From NCBI GenBank assembly GCA_963847445.1, contig CAWJZV010000023.1, forward strand, positions 1 to 64,000: DNA of 64,000 nucleotides. Direction: 5' to 3'. The position numbers and the translations under genes are program-made. This DNA is from an uncultured delta proteobacterium. GTDB lineage: Bacteria; Desulfobacterota; Binatia; UBA9968. Below, in pieces: positions 21,272 through 33,449 of this stretch. Under the pieces are notes generated by a model that saw nothing but the letters and a program-made list of their open reading frames with translations, was not told where the DNA came from and did not search any database. The stretch's first letter is position 1; each line of letters opens with the position of its first letter.

Positions 21272-22123
21272 TTACTCAGCGGCCTGCTGCGCCAGCGATT
21301 CCTTTTTCAGCAACTTAGCGACGAAGTGGCGCATCGCGAAACGTTGGCCATCGCGCATGCTGCGGACGGTGCCATTCTTCACCGCGGCGATCAAATCGTT
21401 TTTCAACGTGGTCTGCTGCGTGCCGGACAATTGCTCAATGGCCGGTATTTGCTGAACCATCTGAAGCAGCGTGTCGAGATCCGGATAGTCTACGACATAA
21501 CTCAGGAAACGGTCGCGAATGGCTTCATCGATCAGATCGGGGCGGTTGCTGGTCAAAACGATCGTGGCGCGGGATGTATCGAGATCGTCTATGGAATGAA
21601 AAAAAACGCTGTCCTGAGAAAAATGCCACTCTTTGGCGTGTTGACTGCCGCGCGCCATGAAAATGGATTCGACGTCATCGAACAGCAGCACTGAGCGCTG
21701 CCCCTGCGCAGTGAATCCCGATCTTGCATGGAGAAAAATATCGCGAATTCTTTCTTCGCTCTCACCATACCGGGAGCGCGAAATCTCACCGCCATCGATA
21801 AAGGCTAAAGCGACTGGCGGCTCATCCTCGGCCTCAAACCTGCGACCGAGTTCATAGGCCAGCCGTTTGGCCAGGGTTGTCTTGCCCGTGCCGGGAGGAC
21901 CGCTGAGCATGAACCCTTTTACCAGGCCTCGGGTCGTTCCGGAGCGCCATTGATATTCGGTGATGGCTGCAATTTCCTGCAGGAGGTCTTGGTAACGGTC
22001 ACCGACCATTTCGCTGCCGCGGACCACTCCGGTGTCGTCGGTACCGCCAAAGAGCAATGACAGCTTTTCGAACGAAATAACGTTTCCCGCGGATAGATGA
22101 TGATGTCCATCGCTCGCTCGCAT
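21272..22123 (-). CDS. Stand-alone single-domain AAA+ ATPase
   Basis: Walker A GPPGTGKT, pore loop RYGESE, Walker B LLFDDVES, sensor-1 TSN, DEAIRDRF. Confidence 0.85.
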   Translation of the reverse strand: MRASDGHHHLSAGNVISFEKLSLLFGGTDDTGVVRGSEMVGDRYQDLLQEIAAITEYQWRSGTTRGLVKGFMLSGPPGTGKTTLAKRLAYELGRRFEAEDEPPVALAFIDGGEISRSRYGESEERIRDIFLHARSGFTAQGQRSVLLFDDVESIFMARGSQHAKEWHFSQDSVFFHSIDDLDTSRATIVLTSNRPDLIDEAIRDRFLSYVVDYPDLDTLLQMVQQIPAIEQLSGTQQTTLKNDLIAAVKNGTVRSMRDGQRFAMRHFVAKLLKKESLAQQAAE

Positions 22124-22278
22124 TTAGTAGAATCCCCCAGTCAAAAGCACAAACCATAATGCTAATCCAACCCACAAAAATATCAAGAGCTCGGTGCCGA
22201 TGAGCCACTTGCATGACGAGCCGGCGACTCGTCGGGCTCGCCTGTTTTTGTGGTTATGGCCGGGTTTACGGTGAAGAT

Positions 22279-22563
22279 GTTTCACCACGAAGTGATCATG
22301 ATCTTACGCTCGCCTGCAGATCATGAAAATGGCTGGCATCCCAGCCAGGATCCTCCTCAGACTCGTCATGCCGGCGCAGGCAGGCATCCAGGGGTGTTCT
22401 CGCGAATGGGCATGGATACCGGCCTGCGCCGGTATGACGGAACACGAGAGCTCGTTATCGATGCGCAGATCATCGCTGCACGGGTATTTTCGAAGGAGGA
22501 TATGAAAGAGCACAAAATTTGGAATCTATAACCAGTCTAACTATTCGTGCTCTTCATGGTGAA
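22279..22563. repeat. Nested repeat: CACCACGAAG-family element interrupted by an insert carrying a GTCATGCCGG REP pair (22364-22439)
   Basis: ttcaccacgaag ... cgtcatgccggcgcaggcaggcatccag/tggataccggcctgcgccggtatgacg ... ttcgtgctcttcatggtgaa. Confidence 0.65.
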
Positions 22564-22631
22564 CAAAACAAATCGAACTTGACCCATATCCACACCGAAG
22601 TCTGCCGAGGCTTTTTTAATTCAACGATCGG

Positions 22632-23180
22632 TCATATCGGGAAATCCACCGGATTGGGCGAGGATGAAAGTTCGAAAGCATTGAGCGTACAGGAGATCAT
22701 CGAATAGTAGCCAATGGTTGCCGTGAGTTCGACGATGCCGGAGACGCCTAAGCGGGCGAGCATCGATTGAAAAGCCGGTGCAGTGACGCGATGGGAATGA
22801 ATGAGCGCGCGAACGTAGTCGACGATTTCAGCTTCGTCCGGGGGAAGCCCGGTGGTGGGCTGGCGCTGGTGGACCGCAACTAGAGTTTCACGGCTAATGC
22901 GGTTCTTCTCGGCGTTTTTCACACTGGCAGCCCATTCGTGGATGCAGTCCAATTCTCGCGAGGCGGTCAGCGCGGCGAGGGTGCGCACCTTTGGTTCGAG
23001 TTTACCGTCGAAACGCAGGTAGCCGCCCAGGCTGGCGGTGTGGTCGGCGATGGTCGGGACATGGAGCAGCGCCGGAAAGCAGCCGCGAACCTCGCCGCGG
23101 CTTTTGACGATGGCGTCATAAATTCCTTGATATTCCGGTGCCAAGCTTTGTTTATTTTCCACCAGTGGTATTCTTGCCAT
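22632..23180 (-). CDS. Carboxymuconolactone decarboxylase/AhpD-like protein
   Basis: LGGYLRF, SRELDCIHEW, VELTATIGYY pattern. Confidence 0.82.
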   Translation of the reverse strand: MARIPLVENKQSLAPEYQGIYDAIVKSRGEVRGCFPALLHVPTIADHTASLGGYLRFDGKLEPKVRTLAALTASRELDCIHEWAASVKNAEKNRISRETLVAVHQRQPTTGLPPDEAEIVDYVRALIHSHRVTAPAFQSMLARLGVSGIVELTATIGYYSMISCTLNAFELSSSPNPVDFPI

Positions 23181-23310
23181 CGTTCCTCCTTACCCCCTTT
23201 GCTTTATGCCACGCAGCGGTGTTGGCGCAAGCCGATGACGGTCCGGCAATTGGAAATTAAACCGTAGGCTTTCTTGCAAGCTGCATGAAGTTTTTCTATA
23301 AATTCCAACG

Positions 23311-23580
23311 ATGGCCGGAATTCCCCAAAGCAAGAGCGATGAATCGAAGATGATGCTCGGTTTCATCGTGCGCCGCTGCGCGGCGGACATCGGCCATATG
23401 CCGTCGCCCGACGAGTTCGCCAAGTGGGCCAATGGCGATAGCCTGAAGGCGAATCGGATGTGCTTGTTCGGCCGGGAGATTTCGCCGACAGCGGCGAAGG
23501 TGATGTTTGGCCAACCGGGTAGACTCGTCACGGTCAGTCCGGAAGGCATGGCGCGGATCTCGAAGGGCAACGGCCGCTAG
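23311..23580 (+). CDS. Small hypothetical protein
   Basis: Clean 89-aa ORF with coding-like composition (LGFIVRRC...CLFGR). Confidence 0.6.
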   Translation: MAGIPQSKSDESKMMLGFIVRRCAADIGHMPSPDEFAKWANGDSLKANRMCLFGREISPTAAKVMFGQPGRLVTVSPEGMARISKGNGR

Positions 23581-23690
23581 AGCTTTCTCCCTCCTGAAAG
23601 TTAATGTCAATTTCGGCTAACCCGAATTTCTTTCTAGACTTCACATTTTGCTGGCAGTATAGCTGGGCCATCGCCGGCGGGAGGATGTTT

Positions 23691-23891
23691 ATGGAAGAGC
23701 AGGTACGTCGACTAAGCGCTCAGTACGGTTGGAATCTGAGTGAGGATGAGATTCACCGCATCGCCGCGGAGGCGGCGGTCCAAGAAAAGGTCCTCGATCG
23801 GCTAAAGCAGATAGATTTGGCGCAGACTCGGCCAGTCATGGGTGTCTTTAAAGCGCATCGATCGAGCCCCGCCAATCGGAGGCGAAAATGA
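23691..23891 (+). CDS. GatC/AtzG-like small partner of the amidase
   Basis: 66 aa, WNLSEDEI...LKQIDLAQTRP pattern, ATGA overlap with the amidase start. Confidence 0.6.
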   Translation: MEEQVRRLSAQYGWNLSEDEIHRIAAEAAVQEKVLDRLKQIDLAQTRPVMGVFKAHRSSPANRRRK

Positions 23892-25333
23892 CGGCGCTGG
23901 ACCTCGAGCGCGCGACCATTGCCGAACTTGCACCGGTCATCAAGGCGAAGAAACTCTCCGTTGTCGACTTGACCAAGCGGTTTCTTGATCGCATCGACCG
24001 TTACAACCCGGCGCTTAATGCCTTTCAGACCGTCACGGCGGAAGATGCGTTGAAGCAAGCGCGCACGCTCGACCGCGACCTGCGTGTGGGGAAATGGCGC
24101 GGGCCGCTGCATGGCATTCCTTTCTCGATCAAAGACAATTTGGCGACGCGCGGGGTGAAAACCACGGCCGGGTCGAAACAACTTGCCAACTGGATTCCCG
24201 ATTACGACGCCACCGTTGTGGAAAAATTGCAGTCCGCCGGTGCGGTGATTCTTGGCAAAACCAATATGCACGAATGGGCGTCCGGCAGCACGACGATCAA
24301 TCCATTCTACGGCACGACGGCCAATCCTTGGGATCGTAATCGTATCTCCGGTGGCTCGAGCGGCGGTTCGGCGGCTTCGGTGGCGGCTAGTCTCTGCCTG
24401 GGCTCCATCGGTACGGATAACGCCGGCTCGGTGCGCCATCCGGCATCGCTGTGCGGTGTGGTCGGTTTGAAGGCGACCTTTGGCCGAGTCAGCCGATACG
24501 GCGGGGTGCTCGGCACGGGTGGATTTTCGACGGATCACTTTGGGCCGTTTGCCAAGACGGTCAAGGATTGCGCCTTGATGCTCAAGGCGATCGCCGGCCA
24601 TGATCTAAAAGATCCGCTGAGTTCGCGAGAGCCGGTGGCGAACTATATCAGCGCGATCGGCAAACCGGTCAAAGGCTTGCGGGTGGGATTGATCAATGGC
24701 TATTTCGATGAATTCATGAGCGCGACGGTGCGCGACGCGTTCGACGCTGCGGTTGGGCAGTTGAAAACCCTTGGCATGAAGGTCGTCAAGCTCGATATTC
24801 CCTATACCGACCTGATCGCTGCGGTGCAGTTGGCGACCAGCCGCGTCGAGAACGTCGCGACCGCTCATGATTATTTGAAAAACTCACCGCGATACTACAG
24901 CGCGCCGCTGTTCTACCGGCATATCAAGTCGTTGCTGATTCCCGCCGATGTTTACGTGACGGCGCAGCGGGTGCGGCGATTGATCTGCGAGGCCTTCGAA
25001 GCGGCCTTCGACAAAGTCGACGTCATGGTGGCGCCGACGGTGGGCTCACCGGCGCAAACTATCGACGAGTGCCGTCAAGGTTTCGCCATCGTCGACGGTC
25101 GGCGCGTCGAGCTGCAAGATGAGCGCGGCACTACCGGAACCCTCTGTACGATTCCCTTCAACGTCACCGGCCTGCCGGCGATGAGTTTATGCTGTGGCTT
25201 TTCGGCCAGCGGTCTGCCGATTGGCATGCAAATCGTCGGCGCGCCTTTCGACGAGGCGCGGCTGTTTCAAGTGGGCCACGCTTACGAGCAGGCGGCTGGC
25301 TGGTTCGGCAAGCGGCCGAATCTCGATGGTTGA
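23888..25333 (+). CDS. Amidase signature family protein (GatA/AtzE-like)
   Basis: GPLHGIPFSIKD, GKTNMHE, GGSSGGS, GTDNAGSVR, GLPIGMQ. Confidence 0.92.
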   Translation: MTALDLERATIAELAPVIKAKKLSVVDLTKRFLDRIDRYNPALNAFQTVTAEDALKQARTLDRDLRVGKWRGPLHGIPFSIKDNLATRGVKTTAGSKQLANWIPDYDATVVEKLQSAGAVILGKTNMHEWASGSTTINPFYGTTANPWDRNRISGGSSGGSAASVAASLCLGSIGTDNAGSVRHPASLCGVVGLKATFGRVSRYGGVLGTGGFSTDHFGPFAKTVKDCALMLKAIAGHDLKDPLSSREPVANYISAIGKPVKGLRVGLINGYFDEFMSATVRDAFDAAVGQLKTLGMKVVKLDIPYTDLIAAVQLATSRVENVATAHDYLKNSPRYYSAPLFYRHIKSLLIPADVYVTAQRVRRLICEAFEAAFDKVDVMVAPTVGSPAQTIDECRQGFAIVDGRRVELQDERGTTGTLCTIPFNVTGLPAMSLCCGFSASGLPIGMQIVGAPFDEARLFQVGHAYEQAAGWFGKRPNLDG

Positions 25334-25340
25334 TCGGTTC

Positions 25341-25736
25341 TCAAACCGCGTCAAAGTAACGGAGCACCAATACGCCGACGACCGTCATGCTGATCATCCA
25401 AAGCAGGATAATCACGACGGCTGCGGCGCGGCTCGCGGACAAATTGAAGCTAGCTTGATGAGCGGCGTGCCGGGCGTCAGCCAGGACCGCGGCGGGGATA
25501 AGCTTGAGCGCCAGATAGATGCCGAGCGGTAGCAACAAGATGTCATCCAGATAACCCAACACCGGGATGAAGTCCGGAATCAAATCAATCGGACTCAAAG
25601 CGTACGCGACCACGAGGGCGATGACCACTTTCGCGGGCCAGGGCGTGCGCGGATCGCGTCCGGCGAGATAGAGGGCGTGGGTCTCGCGTTTGAGCGCGCG
25701 TGCTTGTCCCTTAAAATATTCGATAAATCTGGTCAT
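25341..25736 (-). CDS. YkvA/DUF1232 membrane protein
   Basis: [21 protein letters not shown]. Confidence 0.92.
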   Translation of the reverse strand: MTRFIEYFKGQARALKRETHALYLAGRDPRTPWPAKVVIALVVAYALSPIDLIPDFIPVLGYLDDILLLPLGIYLALKLIPAAVLADARHAAHQASFNLSASRAAAVVIILLWMISMTVVGVLVLRYFDAV

Positions 25737-25851
25737 CTTAGCGCGGTGATTCCAGGTCGTCGTTGCTCCGTGCCTATGGTCTTGTTATTCTTCTCACCAG
25801 CATCTTGTTCTCATGATCTAAGTTCTGCCATAACACACCGGAGGCTCTACC

Positions 25852-26082
25852 TTGAAGTTGTTTGCCGGTTCGATAATTGTTTGCCTTTGCCTAATAGTAG
25901 CGGGTTCGGTCGGAGAGGCGTCGGCACAGGCTAAATCTGACAAGCTGCGCATCGATCATCTAGCGGAAGGCCAGCCCAAGTACGCGCAGTACAAACCCGG
26001 CGACTTCATCGACGCACGCACGCTCAGCGATATCGACAAGAGCGGTTACATCGATAAACTTTACGGCGGCCAGGCGCGATAA
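25852..26082 (+). pseudogene. Internally deleted NMT1-type substrate-binding protein (signal peptide fused to C-terminal 40 aa)
   Basis: Tail IDHLAEGQPKYAQYKPGDFIDARTLSDIDKSGYIDKLY aligns gap-free to the tail of the SBP at 16674. Confidence 0.65.
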
Positions 26083-26094
26083 GATCAACCGGCG

Positions 26095-28139
<2,045 letters not shown>

Positions 28140-28161
28140 TCAAGCTTAGAATTAGTGCCGT

Positions 28162-28572
28162 TCAGTACTCGGAGACGTGGGTGACATCGACCGCTATTTC
28201 CATGGGATCGTGGGGCGCTTTAGGGACTGGTCCTTCGGCGGTGTTGCCGTCCGCTTGACCGTAGCGGACCCAGCGCACTTTGGCGCTGGGGGCGGGATCG
28301 GTGAAAATGGTGGCGACGAAGAACACCGCGATAGCGAGACCGCTGAGCGAATAGAGGACAAAGGGTTGCATGGAGCCGGTGGAGGATAGATATTCGCCCC
28401 ATTGAACCATGAAGCCGAGATAGAAGGTAAACAGATAGGTAACCAGCAGGCACATCTTAACCCGGTCCATGAGCAGGAACGGCAGCAGTGCGGCAATGAA
28501 AAAGAACACCTGCCAGATGGGAATGAGCTGGTTAAACACACCCAATTGCATCAGTGTTTCGATTTCGAACAT
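28162..28572 (-). CDS. Hypothetical membrane protein (about 3 TM)
   Basis: RBS aaggag, hydrophobic segments, upstream sigma54-like site. Confidence 0.7.
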   Translation of the reverse strand: MFEIETLMQLGVFNQLIPIWQVFFFIAALLPFLLMDRVKMCLLVTYLFTFYLGFMVQWGEYLSSTGSMQPFVLYSLSGLAIAVFFVATIFTDPAPSAKVRWVRYGQADGNTAEGPVPKAPHDPMEIAVDVTHVSEY

Positions 28573-28629
28573 GGCGGCTCCTTGGTCCTTGGCCTGTCGT
28601 GAATTCTGCGTGATTAGCCGGATATCTAC

Positions 28630-28644
28630 TCAAGAGTTATGCCA
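28630..28644 (-). promoter_or_regulatory. Possible sigma54 promoter (-12 variant)
   Basis: TGGCATAACTCTTGA = TGGC-N7-TTGA upstream of 28572. Confidence 0.45.
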
Positions 28645-28806
28645 ACGATGCATCGCCGCATCTGTTGTCGTGCCTTGTCGTAATTTGGCAGTGTCGGTGA
28701 TTCAATTCCCCGCCATTGGTTTGTGGTCGCGCGCGTGGTTGTCGTTAATGAGAGCCCGCTTGTGCTTCCGGAACCGATCGTTGGAAAGTAATTGATTGGA
28801 CACGGC

Positions 28807-30663
28807 ATGAATTCGCTAGCAGAAAAACTTACCGGTTTGCCGTCCAGACCGGGCGTCTACCTCATGCGTGAAACTGGCGGCAAGGTCATTTATGTCGGCA
28901 AGGCCAAGGATTTGCGGGCGCGGGTACGGGCTTACTTCAATCATCCCGACGAACGCTCGCAAGTCCAGTTTTTAGTGCGCCGCGTCGCCGATATCGAAAC
29001 CCTGGTGACGAGCAACGACAAGGAAGCGCTAATCCTGGAAAACAACCTGATCAAGCAGTACAAGCCGCGCTACAACATCCGCCTCAAGGACGACAAGAGT
29101 TATTTGAGCATCAAAGTGACCACCCAGCACGCCTGGCCGCGCATCCTGGCGACGCGCAAGATCGTCAAGGACGGCAATCGCTACTTCGGGCCGTTTGCGT
29201 CGGCGCTGGCGGCGCGCGAGACCATCGACTTGATTGAGAAACACTTTCAGCTGCGCAACTGCACCGACCACAACTTTCGCAACCGCAGCCGTCCCTGTTT
29301 GCAGTATCAGATCAAGCGCTGTCTGGGGCCCTGTGTGCTGCCGGTGGCGCAAAATATTTACCTCGAACAAGTGCGCCAGACCATGCTGTTTATCGAAGGG
29401 CGGCAGCAGGAGCTGATCGACGAGTTGAAGCAGCGCATGCGGGAAAAGTCCGATGGTCAAGAGTTCGAGGCGGCGGCGCGGCTGCGCGATCAAATTCAAG
29501 CGGTCGAAAAGACTTTGGAGAAGCAGCGCATGGTCGCGCACTGGGGCAGCGATCAGGATATCTTCGGCTTGTACCGCGAGGGCGGCTTCATCGAAGTTCA
29601 GGTGCTGTTGGTGCGCCAGGGCAAGCTCACCGGCAACCAGTCTTATTCGTTGGCAGATTTGGACTTTCCCGACGAAGAGATCATGGGTTCGCTCTTGACC
29701 CAGTTCTATCAAGGCCAGCGATTCGTCCCCGACGAGATTCTTTTGCCCGTGGATCTCGAGGATGCCGCTGTTCGCGAGGAATATCTTGCCGAGCATAAAG
29801 GTAAGAACGTAAAAATTCTCTGTCCCCAGCGCGGCGATAAACGCCACTTGGTGGACATGGCGGCGGCCAATGCCAAGCAATGTTTCGCCGACCGCCACGA
29901 TCGAGAAAAAACCCGCGACAAGATGCTGCGCGAGTTGCAAACCTCGCTGCGTTTGAAAAATTACCCCCATCGCGTCGAGTGCTTCGATATCTCGATGATC
30001 CATGGCGCCCATGCGGTGGGCTCCATGGTGACGTTCGTCGACGGTGAACCTGACAAAAATCTTTACCGCCATTTTCGCATCAAAACCATCGGCGCGGAGT
30101 CCGGCGGCGATGACTTCGGCATGATGCTGGAGATGCTCAAGCGCCGCTTCAGCCGCGGCAAGGCAGAAGCCGATCTACCGGACTTGATCGTCGTCGATGG
30201 CGGCAAGGGGCAATTGGCCATGGCTTTGGCGGCCATGGCCGAAGTCGGCATCGACGGCGTCGAGGCGGTGGGCTTGGCCAAGATGCGGGTTCAAGCAGCG
30301 CCGCGTAGCGCCGAGATCGAGCGCTCGGAAGAGCGCGTGTTCCTGCCGGGTCAAACCAATCCGGTGATTTTGCGGCGCAACTCCAACGCGTTGTTTCTGC
30401 TGCAGCGCGTGCGCGACGAAGCCCATCGCTTCGCCATCACCCATCATCGGAAATTGCGCTCGCAGCAGACGCTCTACTCCGCTCTCGACCGCATCCCCGG
30501 CGTCGGCGGCGTGCGCAAGCGCGCCTTGCTGCGCGCCTTCGGCAGCATCAAACGCATCGAAGCCGCATCGCTGGAGGATCTCCTGAAGGTGCCGTCGATG
30601 AACGAAAAGCTCGCCCAGCAAGTGCTCGACGCCCTGCGCGGCCGTGCGGATTCGGAGAATTAG
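28807..30663 (+). CDS. uvrC: Excinuclease ABC subunit C
   Basis: GIY-YIG (PGVYLM...YVGKAK), ECFDIS, VDGGKGQL, RDEAHRFAI, HhH. Confidence 0.97.
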   Translation: MNSLAEKLTGLPSRPGVYLMRETGGKVIYVGKAKDLRARVRAYFNHPDERSQVQFLVRRVADIETLVTSNDKEALILENNLIKQYKPRYNIRLKDDKSYLSIKVTTQHAWPRILATRKIVKDGNRYFGPFASALAARETIDLIEKHFQLRNCTDHNFRNRSRPCLQYQIKRCLGPCVLPVAQNIYLEQVRQTMLFIEGRQQELIDELKQRMREKSDGQEFEAAARLRDQIQAVEKTLEKQRMVAHWGSDQDIFGLYREGGFIEVQVLLVRQGKLTGNQSYSLADLDFPDEEIMGSLLTQFYQGQRFVPDEILLPVDLEDAAVREEYLAEHKGKNVKILCPQRGDKRHLVDMAAANAKQCFADRHDREKTRDKMLRELQTSLRLKNYPHRVECFDISMIHGAHAVGSMVTFVDGEPDKNLYRHFRIKTIGAESGGDDFGMMLEMLKRRFSRGKAEADLPDLIVVDGGKGQLAMALAAMAEVGIDGVEAVGLAKMRVQAAPRSAEIERSEERVFLPGQTNPVILRRNSNALFLLQRVRDEAHRFAITHHRKLRSQQTLYSALDRIPGVGGVRKRALLRAFGSIKRIEAASLEDLLKVPSMNEKLAQQVLDALRGRADSEN

Positions 30664-30818
30664 CCGTAACGGTTGCCGAGAGCGAAAGCGAAGGAACTGG
30701 AGCTGCGCAAAGTTCACAAATTCGTATTATTGGGGCAACTCCAGTGGTTGTCCTTTGCAAGTAATCGTTATGAGTGCCTGTCTCAATCGGTGTAGTTCCT
30801 CATGAAGCGAAAGCCAAC

Positions 30819-33297
30819 ATGGCGGAACAGCAAGACGTAGCTGGTTCGCGTTCCGGAGACTTCCATCCGTCGGCTTGGCTGATCGTGCCGACGCTGTTTC
30901 TGCTGCTTGGCCAAGCGATCGCCGCGGCTCCCTGGGATTTGCCCGATAGCAGCGGGTTGGCCGTGTTGCCGTTCGTGCTGTTACCGTTTTACCGGCGCTG
31001 GCGGCGCTGGGTGATGCTCGGGTTGTTAATTACCCTGGCATTCTCGGTTGGCTATGTGCGCCATCGGGAAATCCTTTTCCCGCGATTTTCCGATGATCAT
31101 TTGCGTTCGGTCATGCTGCGCCATGAGCGGGTCTTGATCGAGGGCCGGCTCAAAGCCGAGCCGGAGAACCTGATCAATCGTCATCGTTGGTCGATTCGCG
31201 CAGAACGCATCTGGCATGCCACCGGGGCCGAGGAAGTCAGCGGCGATTTGCAACTGAGCTTGCGCGCGCTGCGGCGCGACTGGCGTTATGGCGACCGCAT
31301 TCGTTTTTGGCTCCGTCCCAACCTGCCGCAGAACAGCGGCAATCCCGGCGGCTTCGAATATGCGACATATCTCGCGCAACGGCAGATCTACGTCACAGGG
31401 TTTCTAGAAAACGATACCGAGATCGAACTGGTCGCCCGCGAACCGGGCCTGATCCGCGGCGCCATCGAGGACATTCGCCGGCAGATCCGCCGCTACATCG
31501 ATGCCAACTTCGCGCCCGACAGCGGCGCTCTGATGAAAGCATTGACGGTGGGCGAGATGGGCGGGATCAGCAAGGAAATTCGTGCCGCCTTTACGGCGGC
31601 GGGCGTCAATCATGTGTTGTCGATTTCCGGCCTGCATGTCGCCATGTTGGGCGTGGTGATCTTCGCGGCGATCCGTTACGGCTTGTCGTTCAGCAGTTAT
31701 TTGCTGCTGCGCTTCAATCTGCTCAAAGCGGCGACTTTTTTTTCTTTTTTGGCGGTGGTGTTTTATACGGCGCTCGCGGGCGGCATGGTGCCGACGGTAC
31801 GCTCGGCGATCATGATCGGAGTTTACCAATTGGCGGTGTTGTTGGATCGGGAAGAAGAGGTGTTCGCCAGTCTAACTTTGGCTGCGCTGGCGATCGCCCT
31901 GGTCTGGCCCGGTGTGGTCGCCGACATCTCGTTTCAACTTTCTTTTCTCGCCGTGCTGTTCATCGCCTGGGGCATGAGCCGGCTCTATCAGGGGCTGGCG
32001 CGGGAACGCACCGAGGCGTTGCCGCAGGAGAAAAGTTGGATCAAGGAGCGAGCGCGGCAGGCGACATTTCATATGGCGGTGCCGCTGCTGGCGACCTTGG
32101 GCACCGGGCCGTTGATCGCGCATTATTTCGGCAATCTCTCGCTCGCCGGTTTCGTCACCAATCCGTTGATCGTCCCGCTGGTCGGTTTCGTCATCGTTCC
32201 CCTCGGTTTGACCGTCGGTCTTGTGACTCTGATCGCCAGCGAGTTTGCCTGGCCGCTGGCCTGGCTCGGCGACTGGCTCGCCGGTTGGACGATTGTTATC
32301 GTTGAGTTCTTCGGCCGTTTGCCGCTGGCGAGTATTCGCGTCGCCGCGCCGAACCTGCTTGAGGTCGGCGCGCTTTACGCCGGCGTGATCGCTCTATTCG
32401 TTCTGCGCAAGCGCAGGCAGTTATTGTTTGCGGCTGGAATTTTCCTGCTTCTACTGATCGGCGATGTTTACTATTGGCGCGTCCAGCGGTTTGACAGCAA
32501 TCAGCTGCGCATTACCCACCTGAACGTCGGTCAGGGCGATGCCGCCGTGGTAGAATTTCCCGGGCGGCAAGGTTCTGGTCATCGATGCCGGCGGTGCCGC
32601 CGTGGGCGATTTCGATACCGGCGAAAGCATCGTCGCGCCCTATCTCCGATCGCGGAAGATTCTCAAAGTCGATTATCTGCTGGTCAGCCATGCGCGCATC
32701 GATCACTACGGCGGCATGCGCGCGCTGGTTCAAGAGTTTTCTCCCAGCGAGTTCTGGTCCGGCGCCGCCAAGGGCGGCACCCGGCGTTTCGAGGAGCTCG
32801 ATGAAACCTTGGACCGGCTTAAAATTGCCCGCAAAGAATTGACCGGCGCAACGCCGTGCCGCGACTTCGATGCGCTGCGACTTTGCGTCCTTTTCGGCGC
32901 GGATGGCGGTGACGCCGAGAGCCCGGTGGTGGTGCGGCTGGAATATGGCAAGGCGTCGTTTCTATTCACCAGCGATGTCGATAAACGGGACGAACTCCAG
33001 CTCATTCAGAGTTCAAGCGCAATGAGCAGCACCGTCGTCAAGATTCCGCGCCACGGCAGCGCGACGGCGAGTTCACAGGAATTCATCGCCGCGGTCAAAC
33101 CGAAGTTGGCGATACTATCGGCGGGCGCTAGAAGCCGCGCCGCAGCAAAGCGTGACGAAATCGTCGAGCGTTATCTTGCTGCCGGTGCCGCGGTGCTGAA
33201 AACCTATGAGGACGGCGCGATCATCTTGGAGACGGATGGGGAAACGATTCGCTATAACGGTTTCAAGAGCGGCAAGGCGGGGAAGTTGGTATTGTAG
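30819..33297 (+). CDS. comEC: DNA uptake competence protein ComEC/Rec2; frameshift near 32565
   Basis: NPGGFEY, HVLSISGLHV, SFQLSF, LNVGQGDA, SHARIDHYGG MBL domain. Confidence 0.92.
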
Positions 33298-33317
33298 TCC
33301 TTGTAAGCGCCACATAT

Positions 33318-33386
33318 TCACCACGAAGGCACGAAGGACACGAAGTTCGGAATTACTTTTAGCCGAACCCTTCGTGTCCTTCGTGA
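33318..33386. repeat. CACCACGAAG-family inverted repeat element
   Basis: tcaccacgaaggcacgaaggacacgaagttcgg...ccgaacccttcgtgtccttcgtga. Confidence 0.75.
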
Positions 33387-33449
33387 TCAAAAAAACTTTC
33401 CCATTTAGGTGCGGCTTTGCCGCGCTAGGCCGTCGCGGTGCCAGAATCT

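Noticed and set aside
22179-22283. SAM-I riboswitch-like text (atcaagag...cggcgac...aagatg)
   Set aside because: The core GCAAC is GCGAC, GGUGC is absent, and it lies on the + strand with no downstream + gene; probably chance.
29029-30072. 347-aa antisense ORF inside uvrC (similar ones inside comEC, uvrB and the serine hydrolase)
   Set aside because: Shadow frames of well-supported genes.
33318-33386. cacgaagg direct repeats as a possible CRISPR array
   Set aside because: No constant repeat with unique spacers and no cas genes; it is an inverted-repeat element.
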